64,000 nt of DNA from Psilocybe cubensis. Its lineage: Eukaryota. The stretch lies in assembly GCA_017499595.2 (NCBI GenBank), contig CM039006.1:2790001-2854000 (forward strand), given 5' to 3'. The notes under the pieces were generated by a model. The model did not search any database, was not told the DNA's origin, and was given only the letters and a program-made list of their open reading frames with translations. This document shows, one piece after another, positions 35,795-48,059 of the stretch. Position 1 is the first letter of the stretch, and the number at the start of each line of letters is the position of its first letter. A program made the position numbers and the translations under genes.

Positions 35795-36144
35795 ATTCCT
35801 GATAATTTTTGGTAGTATTTGGTTGTAAGGATAGCGCCATTCCGGTCCCATCTTTGTTTGTAAGGACTCACGCTGTGCCAATACTGGGATCATGAAATAC
35901 ATTCGCTTTGAAGTTCGAACATTTCCGATGACCGTGTCAGTTACTTATATCAATAAACTCGATATCAACACATAACATCTATCAAATTTGGAAGCTCTTT
36001 CCAGTCACGCGGTGATGCTACTGGTCTGAAAGTTTCCCAGCCTTCTATTGAGCAACTTGGCTACCAAAATATTAATTCCTTTCACTCTCACAACACGATT
36101 TTGCTTTGGTTTGTCTTCTTCCCAAGCAGCAACAACGTACCAAC

Positions 36145-37190
36145 ATGGCACTTCATCCTTTGAAGCAAGCCCTCAGGGCCAATAAGCCTGCATTCGGGGC
36201 ATGGCTCACCCTACCTGGAACCTTTCACGCGCGAACTGTAGCCAAGTCGACCAACGATCTGTCATGGATTGCAGTAGATTGCGAACACGGTTTGATACCG
36301 CTTCTCCCAGCAGCTGCAGAGAGTATTGCTGCTATAGAGGGTGCGCGACCTGGCGGTGGACCAAGTGCAATAGTCAGGATACCAGCTACAGGGGTTACCA
36401 ATAGCTCAAGCTGGCAAATCAAGCATGCGCTCGACGGCGGCGCGAGGGGCATTATCGTACCTTTGGTACATAGACTATGGTTGATACAAAGCTTTTACTC
36501 TGTTAAATTGCTTCTAGGTGTCTACAGCTGCTAAAGCCAAAGAAGTTGTCGCAGACAGTCGCTTCCCTCCGTTGGGCAGACGTGGTTTTGGAAGCCCTTT
36601 CACGCACGGAACGTGGGGCGTGACTGCATCCGAGTACATCAACTCAGCAAACGACGAAATTTTGGTGATGATTCAAATAGAGAACAAAGAAGCGGTGGAA
36701 AATGTTTCTGAGATCGCCAACGTTGATGGTGTTGGTCAGTCCACATCCCAAATCCGATGACATATCTTCCATCGTCTTCATTTTTTTTTAAAATACAGAC
36801 GTTCTATTCATTGGACCATACGATCTCTCCATTTGTCTTGGATACCCTACTCCAAACCCCGATCCACATCCCGATGTCGAAAAGGTCATCCAGAAGATTC
36901 TACAAGCAGCTCATGAGTCTGGAAAGAAATGGTGCGTAATGCACTACACGGCGTCAAGAGAAGGCTGACCATTTTATGATGACTATAGCGCTATATATTG
37001 TACCTCTGGAAAGCAGGCAGCGCTGCGCGCACAGCAAGGATTTGATATGGTAGGTCGAAGCCCTTGATCTGATGCTTGATCTAACAGAGCTCACTGAATG
37101 TGGTAGATCAATGTTACAAGCGACATGGGTGCAATGTCAGAGTCTATCGCTCACCACATCGCCGTTGCTACCACAGGTACGAAGCAATGA
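36145..37190 (+). CDS. HpcH/HpaI-family class II pyruvate aldolase
   Basis: FGAWL, DCEHG, IVRIP, ALDGGARGIIVP, RFPPLGRRGFGS, IQIE, LFIGPYDLS; 5 exons. Confidence 0.92.
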
Positions 37191-37365
37191 GGATCTCCGT
37201 GACTGGAAACATCGGAGCATATATATGTTGGAAATATCAGAACAGGGTTGGTTTTAGCTACGGATTTACATGTATATGGCAAAGTTCACTCTTCTGATTG
37301 AAATACAGACGACAAGAACCAAGTAAATGATTGATATACAGCGTACACCGGGGAGACCTTAGACC

Positions 37366-38151
37366 TTATGTATAAGCAGAAATTGCTGTGTCGAAGCTTT
37401 CCAGAATTCCGTTCTGAAGAGCCGTAGCAGCAGGAATAAGCGATTCCTATCCAAATTTGTTAGCCATATGGAAATATGCAATTCGTGAATTTGCTTACAG
37501 GAGCGTTTTCGATTAATGCAGAGGAAAATTCGGTCGTGTTTCCTTTAAGGAATCTAAGGTCCTGAAGAATTAAAAGCGGCAGGCCTCCGACGGGCAATGC
37601 TATAAGTTTGTCCTCAGTCATTGATACTGTATGCCTGAAATACAAGCAAGACATGACCAACCGACGAAGGCGGGTTTCTTGACCACGATCTCAGCCAATG
37701 CATGCTGGATAGTGGGTTCAAATGCCTGAACTGCGTTTAAAATGGAGTTTCCATCTATCTCATCCACAGGACCAGTGGCCTACGTAGGCAAAACAAAGTT
37801 AATGTCTGTAAATGTAGAGTCGACAAGAACACGTAGACTCGCAATGACGTTGCCAGTCGCGGCCTTCAGGGACGTTATCACGGTTCCAGCGCTTGTGTGA
37901 ATTCCCTGTGCAATTAATCGACTTTTACTAGGTGCATTTTTTCCACTTTAATAAAAATGGTAACATACCAAGGCCGCAACAAGAGAACCTCCCGTCAATG
38001 GGAAAGCTGTAATAGCGTTGTCAAGAGAAGTCACTCTTGTAGAGACGACGTTAATGTCAGCCAGAACCTGGGGCACGGTACGCTCGGTTGGGGTGGCAAG
38101 GCTGATGCCAGTAGCAATAGAAAGCAGAAAAAAAGGCGTAATGTGAACCAT
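37366..38151 (-). CDS. hsbA: HsbA family secreted protein, copy 3
   Basis: Signal peptide, then AFPLTGGSLVAAL|GIHT, FEPTI, KKPAFVALPVGGLPLLILQDL, AISAYT*. One more intron than copies 1 and 2. Confidence 0.88.
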
Positions 38152-38958
38152 GGTGAAAGATATTCAAGACTTCGTCGCAGTATTGAGGATGCGGGAGGCT
38201 GAGGATATAAGTCAGATATTCAGGCCATTTTATACAGATAAATTACCACCGTTGGAGGCAATTCATTCCCAATGGCAGCTCGGAAGAATAATCGTAAATG
38301 TTGTTTTGCGTGACTTAAGAGCAACCCGAAGCGGTTAGTACATTGAGGCTTGTGGAACAGATGAGCGCCAAAAGTGTGTGAAGTGTTAGATAATAAGCAC
38401 ACGAGATCACAGTGGTCTATAGCTTATGGACTTGAGGACCACTTTACCATGTGGATGTCTGATCCGATTGAATTCAAGAAGCCACAGCCTAGTCACCTGT
38501 TATGATCTGCGACGAAGGTTAAAGCCGCATATGATGCTTCCCCAGGTCTGATGTCCTATCAAAATAAACATGTTCCGCAATTTTACTGAGCTGTTGTATT
38601 CCTCATGAAGGCTCATGGGTCATGAGATTTAGATGTTATTGATGAGTATTAATTTCACTCAGAATGCACTTGTCCAAATCCACCATGACACGCATGCTTA
38701 TGAGGGAAACAAGCGGAATGCAAGGAAGCCCATTGCCCGCAGTATCACATGTTATCGTCAAGGGAAATGCATTATGCACATACGATAAGAATAATTTGCT
38801 TGCAGAGTTCTAATCTTGGAAAACTAAGAACTTATTTCGTAGACCTACAGGCCAATTAAGCGCCCAATGATCCTACTCATCAACGCTTCCTTTCAAGTTG
38901 AAGGATTAATCGATAGACAGATGGACACTCGATCTTTCTCTTTCGTCATGATAGTACA

Positions 38959-40248
38959 TTAGTCAAAGAACGATCCCCCATTAATGGAAACCTAGTGAAA
39001 TTGGTAAGTACACGGAGTGTGTCGTAGAGAAGTTATACTCACACTTTGACCTAGTAGGACACATTCATCATTTAAGTCACTAATAAATCTAATCCGTGAC
39101 CGAGTGAAACGTACCCGTAATCATTGCGGCATCTTTCGACACAAGATATGAGACGAGACCAGCAATTTCCTCTGGAGCTGAGTCACGGTTTATGACGGGT
39201 GCCAAAGTCGACTAGTAATATTATATGACTACACCGTTTGTGCATCAAATGAAAGTGTGCCTACCACAGAGGCTGAATTTTCTTGCTTTTGTTCAGTGGC
39301 AACGGCATCATACACCCCTTTAACTGTAATTCGAGAAGCGAATTAGACCCATAAGAAGAAGATGATATCCGAAAGCCGTTACTAACGTAGATCGGTGGTC
39401 ACTCCTCCTGATTGTGAAGACAGTCAAAGTATTATTCTAGAAGTAAACTGTATATACTCGTACCTGGGGCATATGCATTGACTCTGATGTTATGCTGAGC
39501 CAGTTCGATAGCTATAATTAACATTCAAAAATAAGTTTGAGCACATTAAAGTTAAACCAACCGGCCGATTGGGTCATTCCTCGTATAGCAAACTTAGTAG
39601 AACTGTATGCGCCTAACATTGACATTCCTAGAAACAATTTAATCAAGTTTTTGTAACAAAAAATGGACAAACATACCTTGTTTTGAGGCGATGGACGCCG
39701 CACCAATGATTCTTCCTCCTCTTCCTTGCTTGATCATTTGTATCGCAGCATGCTTGTAGCTAAAAAATGTGCCTTTTATATTGACTGATAAGATATGGTC
39801 GAGGTCTTCCTTCGTCGCTGTAAGTGTTTAAACCGGAAACATGAACTTTCAATTATATCTGCCCACGATGCCTGAGCGAGAGATCCCATACTTTTGAGGA
39901 AAGGTTTTGTAATGCAGATACCGGCATTGGCGACCATCTAAATATGAGTCTAAGTTTGTATGATTATCTATCGAATCAGGATGGACTGTTACATACCACG
40001 TCAAGGCCACCCAAAGCCTGTACGACATCAGTCACCATCTTCTCAACTTGCTCCTCGACAGATACATCGGCGTAGAAAGTTAAGGCTGTGCCACCAGAGC
40101 TCGTAATTTCGTCCTGAAGTTTTTCAAGTTCGTCTTTGCTGGATGGCAGATCATTGACAGCAACGTGATATCCGTCCTTAGCCAGACGAACTGCAATAGC
40201 TCGTCCAATACCTCTAGAGGCTCCTGTTACGATTGCAATTTCTGGCAT
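38959..40248 (-). CDS. SDR, acetoin reductase/2,3-butanediol dehydrogenase-like, copy 1
   Basis: TGASRGIG, VNDL (acidic residue implying NAD(H)), [40 protein letters not shown]; about 10 exons. Confidence 0.92.
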
Positions 40249-40669
40249 CGGTGCTTTAGTTGGCGCGAACGGTATATCTGAATACGTAGCAGAAGAACAA
40301 ACCGACTTTTTATACAATTTTGTGGAGCTCGGAGCCGCCTTGTCTTCCCTTTTGGTTTTACCATATGCAAACAAGTGATGAACGGACTTGGCTCGAATCA
40401 TTACGTCAGTGCTGAGCTCTTGGAACGTAATGCGTAACCCAATGGGATCAACAAAAGGCGTAAAGGATAACGTAACAGTCCTGAGGTTGTGCGCCTCCGT
40501 TGTATAAACAAATGCCAGTATAGACAGGCGCATCAAAAGGTCTCGGTCACTAAGCACTATATATTTGATTTATTGAGTCTGGGCACGATAAGTGGAAATT
40601 TTACAATCAGATCCTAGTAATGACTACAAGCAGTTTCACTGTAAAAGAGTTTGAATTCCATATTTGATA

Positions 40670-42005
40670 TCAATCAAAGAACATTCCTCCATTGATAGAA
40701 ACCTATGTGCGAAACAATTCAAACAAATCAGTAATGACAAGCAAGGACCGTACAGCCACGAAACGTAATAAAGACTGCAGACAACTCACACTTTGACCTT
40801 CAAATGACGTAAGAAGACAAGTCAACTTGCTGATATCGGTCAGTGCCGCGACACTGATGCACGCACCTGTAATCATCGCCGCTTCTTTGGAAGCCAAGTA
40901 GGAAACTAGACCGGCAATGTCTTCCGGCACGGAGTCGCGGTCAAGGAGCCGTGTCATTGTCCTCTAATAGTGAGTTGAGGTATTGTCTTTGATCCTACAT
41001 GAGATGTCAACAAGTAACTCACAACAGAGGAAGGTTTTTCTTTTTGAGAATCGTGCACGAAAGCCTCACGTAACTCCTTTACTAAGTAAAAATATCATAA
41101 GCCTCAGGTATGCATAGTGAAAAAATCAAAGGTCACATAGGTTGGTGTCGACAGCCCCTTTTGTGCTTCAGTCCCTACTGTTCATCACAAGGGAATATTA
41201 ACAGACCTGGGGCGTACGCGTTGACAGTAATGTTATATTTTGCCAATTCAATAGCTGTATCGAATATAAAAGTAAACTGAAGTCAGAACCTATGACTGCG
41301 AAGAGCACCTCAGCAAAGACGGACCAGCAGATTGAGTTAAACCTCGGACTGCGAACTTGCTAGCACTATACGCACTTAACATAGAAAGGCCTAAGAAACA
41401 TAAGATATCATTTGTATCTGATTTCCCAGATCCTAGGACGTATAGAATACCTTGCTTCGATGCGACAGAAGCAGCGCCAATAATTCTTCCACCACGGCCT
41501 TGCCTGATCATTTGCATTGCTGCATATTTGTAGCAAAAGAAGGTTCCTTCGACATTGATGCCAAATAGACTCTCAAAATCCTGCTTAGTTGCTACAAGAC
41601 GGCCGAACAGTTTATTTAAAAACCAGAAGCTAATATAGTATTAGGTACTTACTCTCCAAGAACGGCTTTGTAATGCATATTCCAGCATTGGAGACCATCT
41701 ATGATTGGGGGGTATCGTTTGTAAGAAAGTAGTTGACAGGAAGTTCGACGCACCACATCAAGCCCTCCCATAAGTCTAACAACGGCATCTACCATCCTCT
41801 CTACATCATCTTCTACTGAGACGTCAGCAAAGAACATCTCTGCATCAGATCCGTTGGTTGTGATCTCTTTAGCCACTGCCTCTAGCTCATTCTTTGCAGA
41901 TATGAGGTCATTGATAGCAACTCTGAATCCATCTTTTGCAAGCCGAATTGCAATAGCGCGTCCAATGCCTCGGGAGGCTCCCGTAATCAGTGCAACTCCA
42001 GACAT
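40670..42005 (-). CDS. SDR, acetoin reductase-like, copy 2
   Basis: [54 protein letters not shown]. Same intron positions as copy 1. Confidence 0.92.
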
Positions 42006-42047
42006 TATGTGGTTATGTGTTATGTGTTATGTGTTATGTGTTATGTG
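42005..42047. repeat. 7-bp tandem repeat (TTATGTG) x~6 abutting the SDR copy 2 start codon
   Basis: ttatgtgg-ttatgtg-ttatgtg-ttatgtg-ttatgtg-ttatgtg read directly from the sequence. Confidence 0.9.
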
Positions 42048-42360
42048 TCGTAAGAGACCAGAGGGCAGGTTCTGCGGAAGAACATTGTCTTTCCCTTTTA
42101 TTTAACTTCAGGGAGGGCTATTTGCCAGCCGGTTATCTACCATCAAAGAAGAGTTGTCGGTTCCCAGCCGGTTTGACCTGATGACTTTGATAAACATAGT
42201 GTATATAGCTTCACGATAAATTGGTCGTATTTCAGAACATGGTCATCAGCCAAAGCTTTGCATTTCGTTCAACCTGAAAAGGAGGTTCATACATTCCGCC
42301 ATCGTGCAAAGATGTAGATATATTCCCCTGCCTAACGTCTTGACTTGTCGCAGGGACTAT

Positions 42361-43721
42361 TTAATAAAAGTCACGTCCGCCATTGATGTTGAGCTACACA
42401 CGCATACGCCCAGTGAGTATAACGGAAGACCTTTGTGCCAAAAAAAATAATCTCACAGTTTGTCCTTCAGGATCCCATGAATAAGGAGTCGTGCATCAGT
42501 AACGCACCGGTGGCTATATTCTCAGCGGAATGATTCTCACCATTAACAAAATGAGATTCCTTAGAGGCAAGGTAGGACACGAGACCAGCGACATCTTCCG
42601 GCTTTCCGATATACCCGACTGGAATACGGGCGGCTTCCTATATACACTTGTCAATTTTATCAGTTAAAGAAAAGGCCAAAATACTAACAGCTGCAAATAC
42701 GGCATCCTTGCCGCCCAACGAGTCTCCCACTCCATTTACTAAAAGCATGCTTTTATTAGCACAGCTATCATAAAATAAACGTTTCTTTGAGCTTACACAT
42801 GGGGGTTACAATGGGTCCTGATATATAATGTGTTAAAAACAAAAAGTGGAATCGCAGAAATATATATGTTGTTACCTGGAGCATAAGCATTAACCGTGAT
42901 GCCATATTGACCCAGTTCACCGGCTGGCAACAATATAATGACATTATGTCAGATGGAGGCAGCAAATATAGAAGCTAGACAGACCGGCAGCCTGAGTTAA
43001 TCCACGAAGTGCAAACTTTGTGGAACTGTAAGCGGACAGCATGGGCGAAGCTTTGATTAAAATCAAATCAGTATTCTGATAAACTCTGATAATGGGGGAT
43101 GGTTTGTATTATACCTTGCATTCCAGCTCCCGAACAGGCTCCGATAATTCTTCCCCCACGTCCTTGTTTAATCATAACCTTTGCAGCGTACTGGTAGGCG
43201 AAAAATGCCGCTCTGGTGTTGATGGCAAAAATACGGTCCCAATCTTCCGTTGTGACTACAAAATTTGACCGTTATATTAGGCTTGGGTCAATGGCTCTAC
43301 CTTGATACAAATGATATCATACCCTCCAAAAATGGCTTGACAATACATATGCCAGCATTAGCTACCATCTAAAGAGGGTCACAATTATCAACACACGATC
43401 TCAACCAGGAGCGCTACCGATGAAAATAGGTTTGACACATACAACATCTAGACCGCCTAGATTCTCCACAACAGCGTCGATGGCAGCGTTGATTTCTTTT
43501 TGAATGGTAACATCGGCAATATGAATGTAGGTCTTCGCCTGTGATTTGGTATTGGCCTTGATTAACTCCGATACTTCATTCAGTTCTGATTCAAATTTAG
43601 GTATATCGTTCAGAGCAACATCATAGCCATCCTCTGCCAGGCGCAAGGCTATGGCGCGACCTATCCCCTGAGCGGACCCTGTAATGAATGCGATTCTGCG
43701 AGCGGGAGTGGGTGAGGCCAT
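42361..43721 (-). CDS. SDR, acetoin reductase-like, copy 3 (more divergent)
   Basis: [54 protein letters not shown]. Confidence 0.92.
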
Positions 43722-45184
43722 AAGTAGAGTAGGTTTGATAAGTATTCTGTGAACAGTGAAGATGGGACTAGTGAAGATAACAAAAACGCACTTCCAAAAG
43801 CCTATTTTATACACAAAAGGTTTTTTCAGGGACGTAAAAATGTCGCATTGATCATATGATGAATAACTAGCCTGAGGAGGTAGCGTAAAGGTGTTCAGCC
43901 ATCAGTAGCAATGAGCATTGACAGGTTGGTTTGTTCATGAAATATAAGGCGGAACAGCATATACGGCCTTCGAAAGCTGCATTGATTCTTTCTGAGTATG
44001 CCGCCCTACTAGTCTTAATACCCTGCCAAGGACAAATGCTGTGTAGAGCGCGTCCCCAGCCCCTGACCCTCTCGTTCTATTATTCCCTGCACGTGATTGA
44101 AAACACACGCGCGTCGCACATGGCAAATGCGAAAGCGAGCGCGCATATGGTCAAACACATACATGAGCTTTGTGGATACCCATGGGTGGCAGATTAATGA
44201 ACAGAGGTGTGAAAAAAAATCGAAAACGTTGAACTTGAAAGAACTGGAATCAATTTCCTGTAGCCTGACTGTCAAAAGACCGTGCAGGCCGCAAGAAGTC
44301 CGGAAAGAACTCCAAGCATCCATCCGACCACCAGGCATGACTGCCACAGCCTGTCAGCGATTAGATATTAAGTCAGTAAATCAAGATTACAGCCATGTGT
44401 CCTTGATCCTTCAAGATTATAAGCCAAAAGCGTTGAGAAGCCTTATGTTTACGATGTCTTGCATCCAACTAAGACCAAATTAAAATGGAAAGCTCTACTG
44501 TCAGAAGTTTACCAATGCATTTCATATCAAGCATGCAGGAAACTGACCTACATGACCCATTAAAAACATGCAGATCTGATGCGAAGTACATAAAGTTGCG
44601 CCAATTGCGGAGCAGGCAGGCAACTTTCGTAAACACAATCACCTCGAAACCCGCAATAAGATTTTTCAAAAAATCGTTGTAAATGCAAAAAACGAGGTCG
44701 CTTTTGGACTTGTGAGTTGCGATCCAGGGATTTGTATCAATTGATCCGCATAGCAACCGATTTCAATTGCAGCCGTTGACACCGGGTGCGAGGAAAGGAA
44801 CTTCGAGAATCTCAAAAATTGCAAGCTGAGTTCACGCACTCAATTTGACTCTCCACAAGCTTGCTATAACTGATATTCAATATACTGAAATTTTTATACT
44901 AGAAGTAACATTTACATAATGTGTAAGTCGCTGGTATAGCAATCTTGGCCCGAACAAAACCTCAACTCGTTTCATCGACCAAGCAGTGCATTTATTATTG
45001 TGGATATTGAACTGTGAGTCATGATGCTACCTTCACTACCTCTGAGATATAAGCGATGTGGTACTCTCACACAGATGCTGTACAGCCCTATTGTAGGACA
45101 AGCTCGCCCTCTAGATTTAAGCCGTAGCTTGTCCGATTATCAATTGAAACTACCCTTCCTTTCTATTCCTTTCTCATTTTTACT

Positions 45185-45910
45185 ATGCCACCTCATACCT
45201 ATTCGCAACAGCAGCCAGACCATTTACGAACAAGCTATCCCGAGAGATATATATTCTTAGTATTATTTGTAATCATGGTCATATGTATCTTCAAGGTACT
45301 GCAAGGTTACCGACCAAAAGATAGATATTATTCAGGTACGGTTACAATTCAAAGTGACTATGTTTCTGCATTTTATCCTTGAATAACTTGACACTTTATA
45401 CCAATATCAGACCTTGACGAACTCAATCCTGAAGCGGTGGTTGACACTGACACAAGACGACAGCCACTTGCGATTGATAGTCGGGCGGTGTATTGGGAAG
45501 ATGCCGCAGGTCAGTCGATGGGGACCAGTCCTGGCGGTACCTATCATATCCATGGCCGTTCGCCTGACGATGTATACGACACCGCGTTCGCGAGCCTTGT
45601 CTCTCTTCAAGGCGAGCACTCCCCTATCTCTCCAATACCCGAGCATAGAATGTCGACTATTCTGAGAGTCCAGCGTCTGGTAGCCAAGCTAACAACGGCT
45701 TCCTACTCAGCTCAAATTGACCCAGAAGATAGGCGGCTTCACCGTCAGGTGTCCCATCTACGGAGAGAAATAGCAAACATTGTCTTAAGCAACTCTAGTG
45801 GTGTGAATTCTCTTTCGCCCCTTCCACTACCTGAGAGTGTCATATTGGAACCACCTCCGCCATATTCCGATGCTGTTCACAACAGCGACGACAGAACTGC
45901 TGTTTTTTAG
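45185..45910 (+). CDS. Single-pass membrane protein (216 aa) with C-terminal PPxY motif
   Basis: Exon 45185-45335 (TM segment YIFLVLFVIMVICIF) plus a GT..AG intron joins in frame to 45411-45910, ending EPPPPYSDAV...AVF*. Confidence 0.7.
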
Positions 45911-46148
45911 ATGAAATTTCCTCTACTTCAACCCCATTTTCTTCGAATCTTAGTGCAAATAATATGTAACATAGGCGTACACGCTCATAGATTCTTTCAG
46001 TGACACCTTTTTACCAGTGTCTCGATAATTTATTTTCTGGTACATCTGATAAAAAACCAAGTAATGTAGCTACAACATAGAACACCAGACAAAAATTCCG
46101 CAGCAGAGTTATGTGCTTATAATCCTAACAATGTAATCATCCCTCATC

Positions 46149-46913
46149 CTACAAAGAACCTGGTGTGATAGGACCAGTACTTGCATTGCACGTGTTCACG
46201 AATTGAAGTTGCAGGGATTCAATGTCATCAGACTGCGGAGCCTTTTTAAATACTTCTGTAAAACTCCAACTGCTATGGTCACAAAAGCAAACTGATAACG
46301 CACCGGAGTGGAATCTTTGAGTATGGTTAAAAGGGAAGCAAAGGCCGAGACTATGTTGCTTATATCTTGTTGGAGAAGCGACTTGATGTTAAGACCAGCT
46401 TTCGAACCAATCACCGAAAGGTTCTGAGAAAATGTTTCGCATATGTCGACAACAGTGGTTTGCATGTCAGCTACTGCGCTTTCGATATTTGATGCATCCG
46501 TGGAAGTGATAATACCTGCAGTCTTGGGTAAAAAAAAAAACCAATCAACTACCAAGTTAGAGATTAAAACTAGGAGGAAAATGTACGCTGGTGTCACTGA
46601 TAGCAGTGTCAATTGCACTGAGTGATGAAGTCGAATCTGTGTGGATAGTCTTTAATGACCAAAGCAGAGTAGAACAAACAGAAACTATGATTAACGCAAC
46701 GTAAGCTGACCCCAAAAGAAGACTTACAAGAGCTTGCACAACTGATCCTCCACCCTGTAGAAACCCATGTAATGCCGTGTCCAAGGCCGTCAGGTTTGCG
46801 CTGGCGAATGATAAGTCCCTTTCAATCGCGGAGACATCACGATTGACAAGGAGTGCTCCGCCTACTGCGTGGGCGCCAAAGATTAGCAGCATAATGGACT
46901 GAGAAGCTTGCAT
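46149..46913 (-). CDS. Divergent HsbA-like secreted protein, copy 4
   Basis: Signal peptide plus VNR, LTALDTALHGFLQGGGSVVQAL|TIHTDS, LLQQDI. Intron positions match the other HsbA copies; has two Cys. Confidence 0.75.
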
Positions 46914-47263
46914 TTGCTTCGAAATTAAATATCTCAGTTGCATTGGGGAGGGGTAGGGGGTTTTTTAGATGCCGAGTTAGAGACTTTATATATCTGTAGA
47001 TCCAAAAAAAATGATTCCAGATAGTAATAAGAATGGATACTTGACATTGGATTTATAAGAATAGCCCAGCCGTGCCGGACAGACACTGATAGTTATCAAG
47101 AGGCATGTTGCAGGGAAGTACAGATATTTGACGGTAGATATGGATAGTAATCATGACAGAGGGGAAGACATGTATGAGCAATTCACAATACACCCACTCA
47201 ATCGGAGAAGGATCAATTCAACCTCAGACACAGTGCATACGTAACAATTTCTAGCCTCGCGAG

Positions 47264-48059
47264 CCAGGCCTTCTGTGAATCTCGTCTCTTTTCTAGATAA
47301 GGCAGGTACCGAGTAATATGTTTGCACAAATGTTGTCTTTATTTATGTCGTCAAACATTGATCGGAGTGCGAAAAGAGAGAGATTCACAGAAGGCCTGGG
47401 ACAAACGGTTCGGATTTGAGGGAATCCTCGTTTTGTGACTCGGACTTGGTGAAAAAAACGCGATTTGCCTCAACAACAACCTTCCACAACTTAAAAAAAA
47501 GTTGTCTACAGAATCATTTAGATAGGTTTCTTTTATAATAAAATTCATTTTTACAAGGTCACGAAAAAAAAAATTTTTGAGAAAAAAATGACTTGTAATT
47601 TGAGCCGAAAAATCATATATCATGGCGCAGGTGAACTGCTTCTAAGATTAGATGGCAGGTCCGGGCGGTCAATGAACCCAGTCTCTGCAGATGAAACAGA
47701 CAATGAAAGGGACATACTTGCACATCTCACCTCCATCAAAAGTGAACCTCTGGATACCCAGATTGTCCCAAATGCAGTCTCTACATCCTCTGTAGATTCA
47801 AATCATGCTTCAGCTTCAGACAGTATGGGCGAGTCTAGCATGCAGGGTTTGACCTTGACATGGATCTTGAGGAAATAGAGGAAGAGTACGATGTTATTGA
47901 GGATTCAGAGGATTCAGAATTCGAGGGGGAGGGGGACGGGTAGTGGTCGCAATCGAGTACGACGCGGTAGTTGGTGACGTAGTTGTTCGAATTTCACCAA
48001 GTCCGACGTGACAAAGCGTGACTCTGCCAAAACCGAACCGTTTGGCCCAGCCGTTTCTG
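47264..48059. mobile_element. Compound inverted-repeat (MITE / internally deleted DNA transposon) relic
   Basis: 29/30-nt inverted repeat 47264-47293 vs 47371-47399. Second ~70-bp imperfect inverted repeat 47388-47454 vs 47992-48059 with a perfect 15-bp core TCGGACTTGGTGAAA. Confidence 0.7.

Larger units (their letters stand above)
28950..35890 (+). repeat. Tandem segmental duplication (~28950-32030 vs ~32470-35890): MFS 3' half, intergenic DNA and hsbA
   Basis: Collinear similarity in exons, introns and intergenic DNA, e.g. GCCGAGGTCCGTTCTTCTCACCCA at ~30377 and ~33779, and CCAAAATCAGATGTCG at ~30636 and ~34056. Confidence 0.93.

Noticed and set aside
43900..44900. Possible transposon relic upstream of SDR copy 3
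   Set aside because: Only compositional hints and one 11-nt match to the 51.9-kb motif; no termini or transposase motif.
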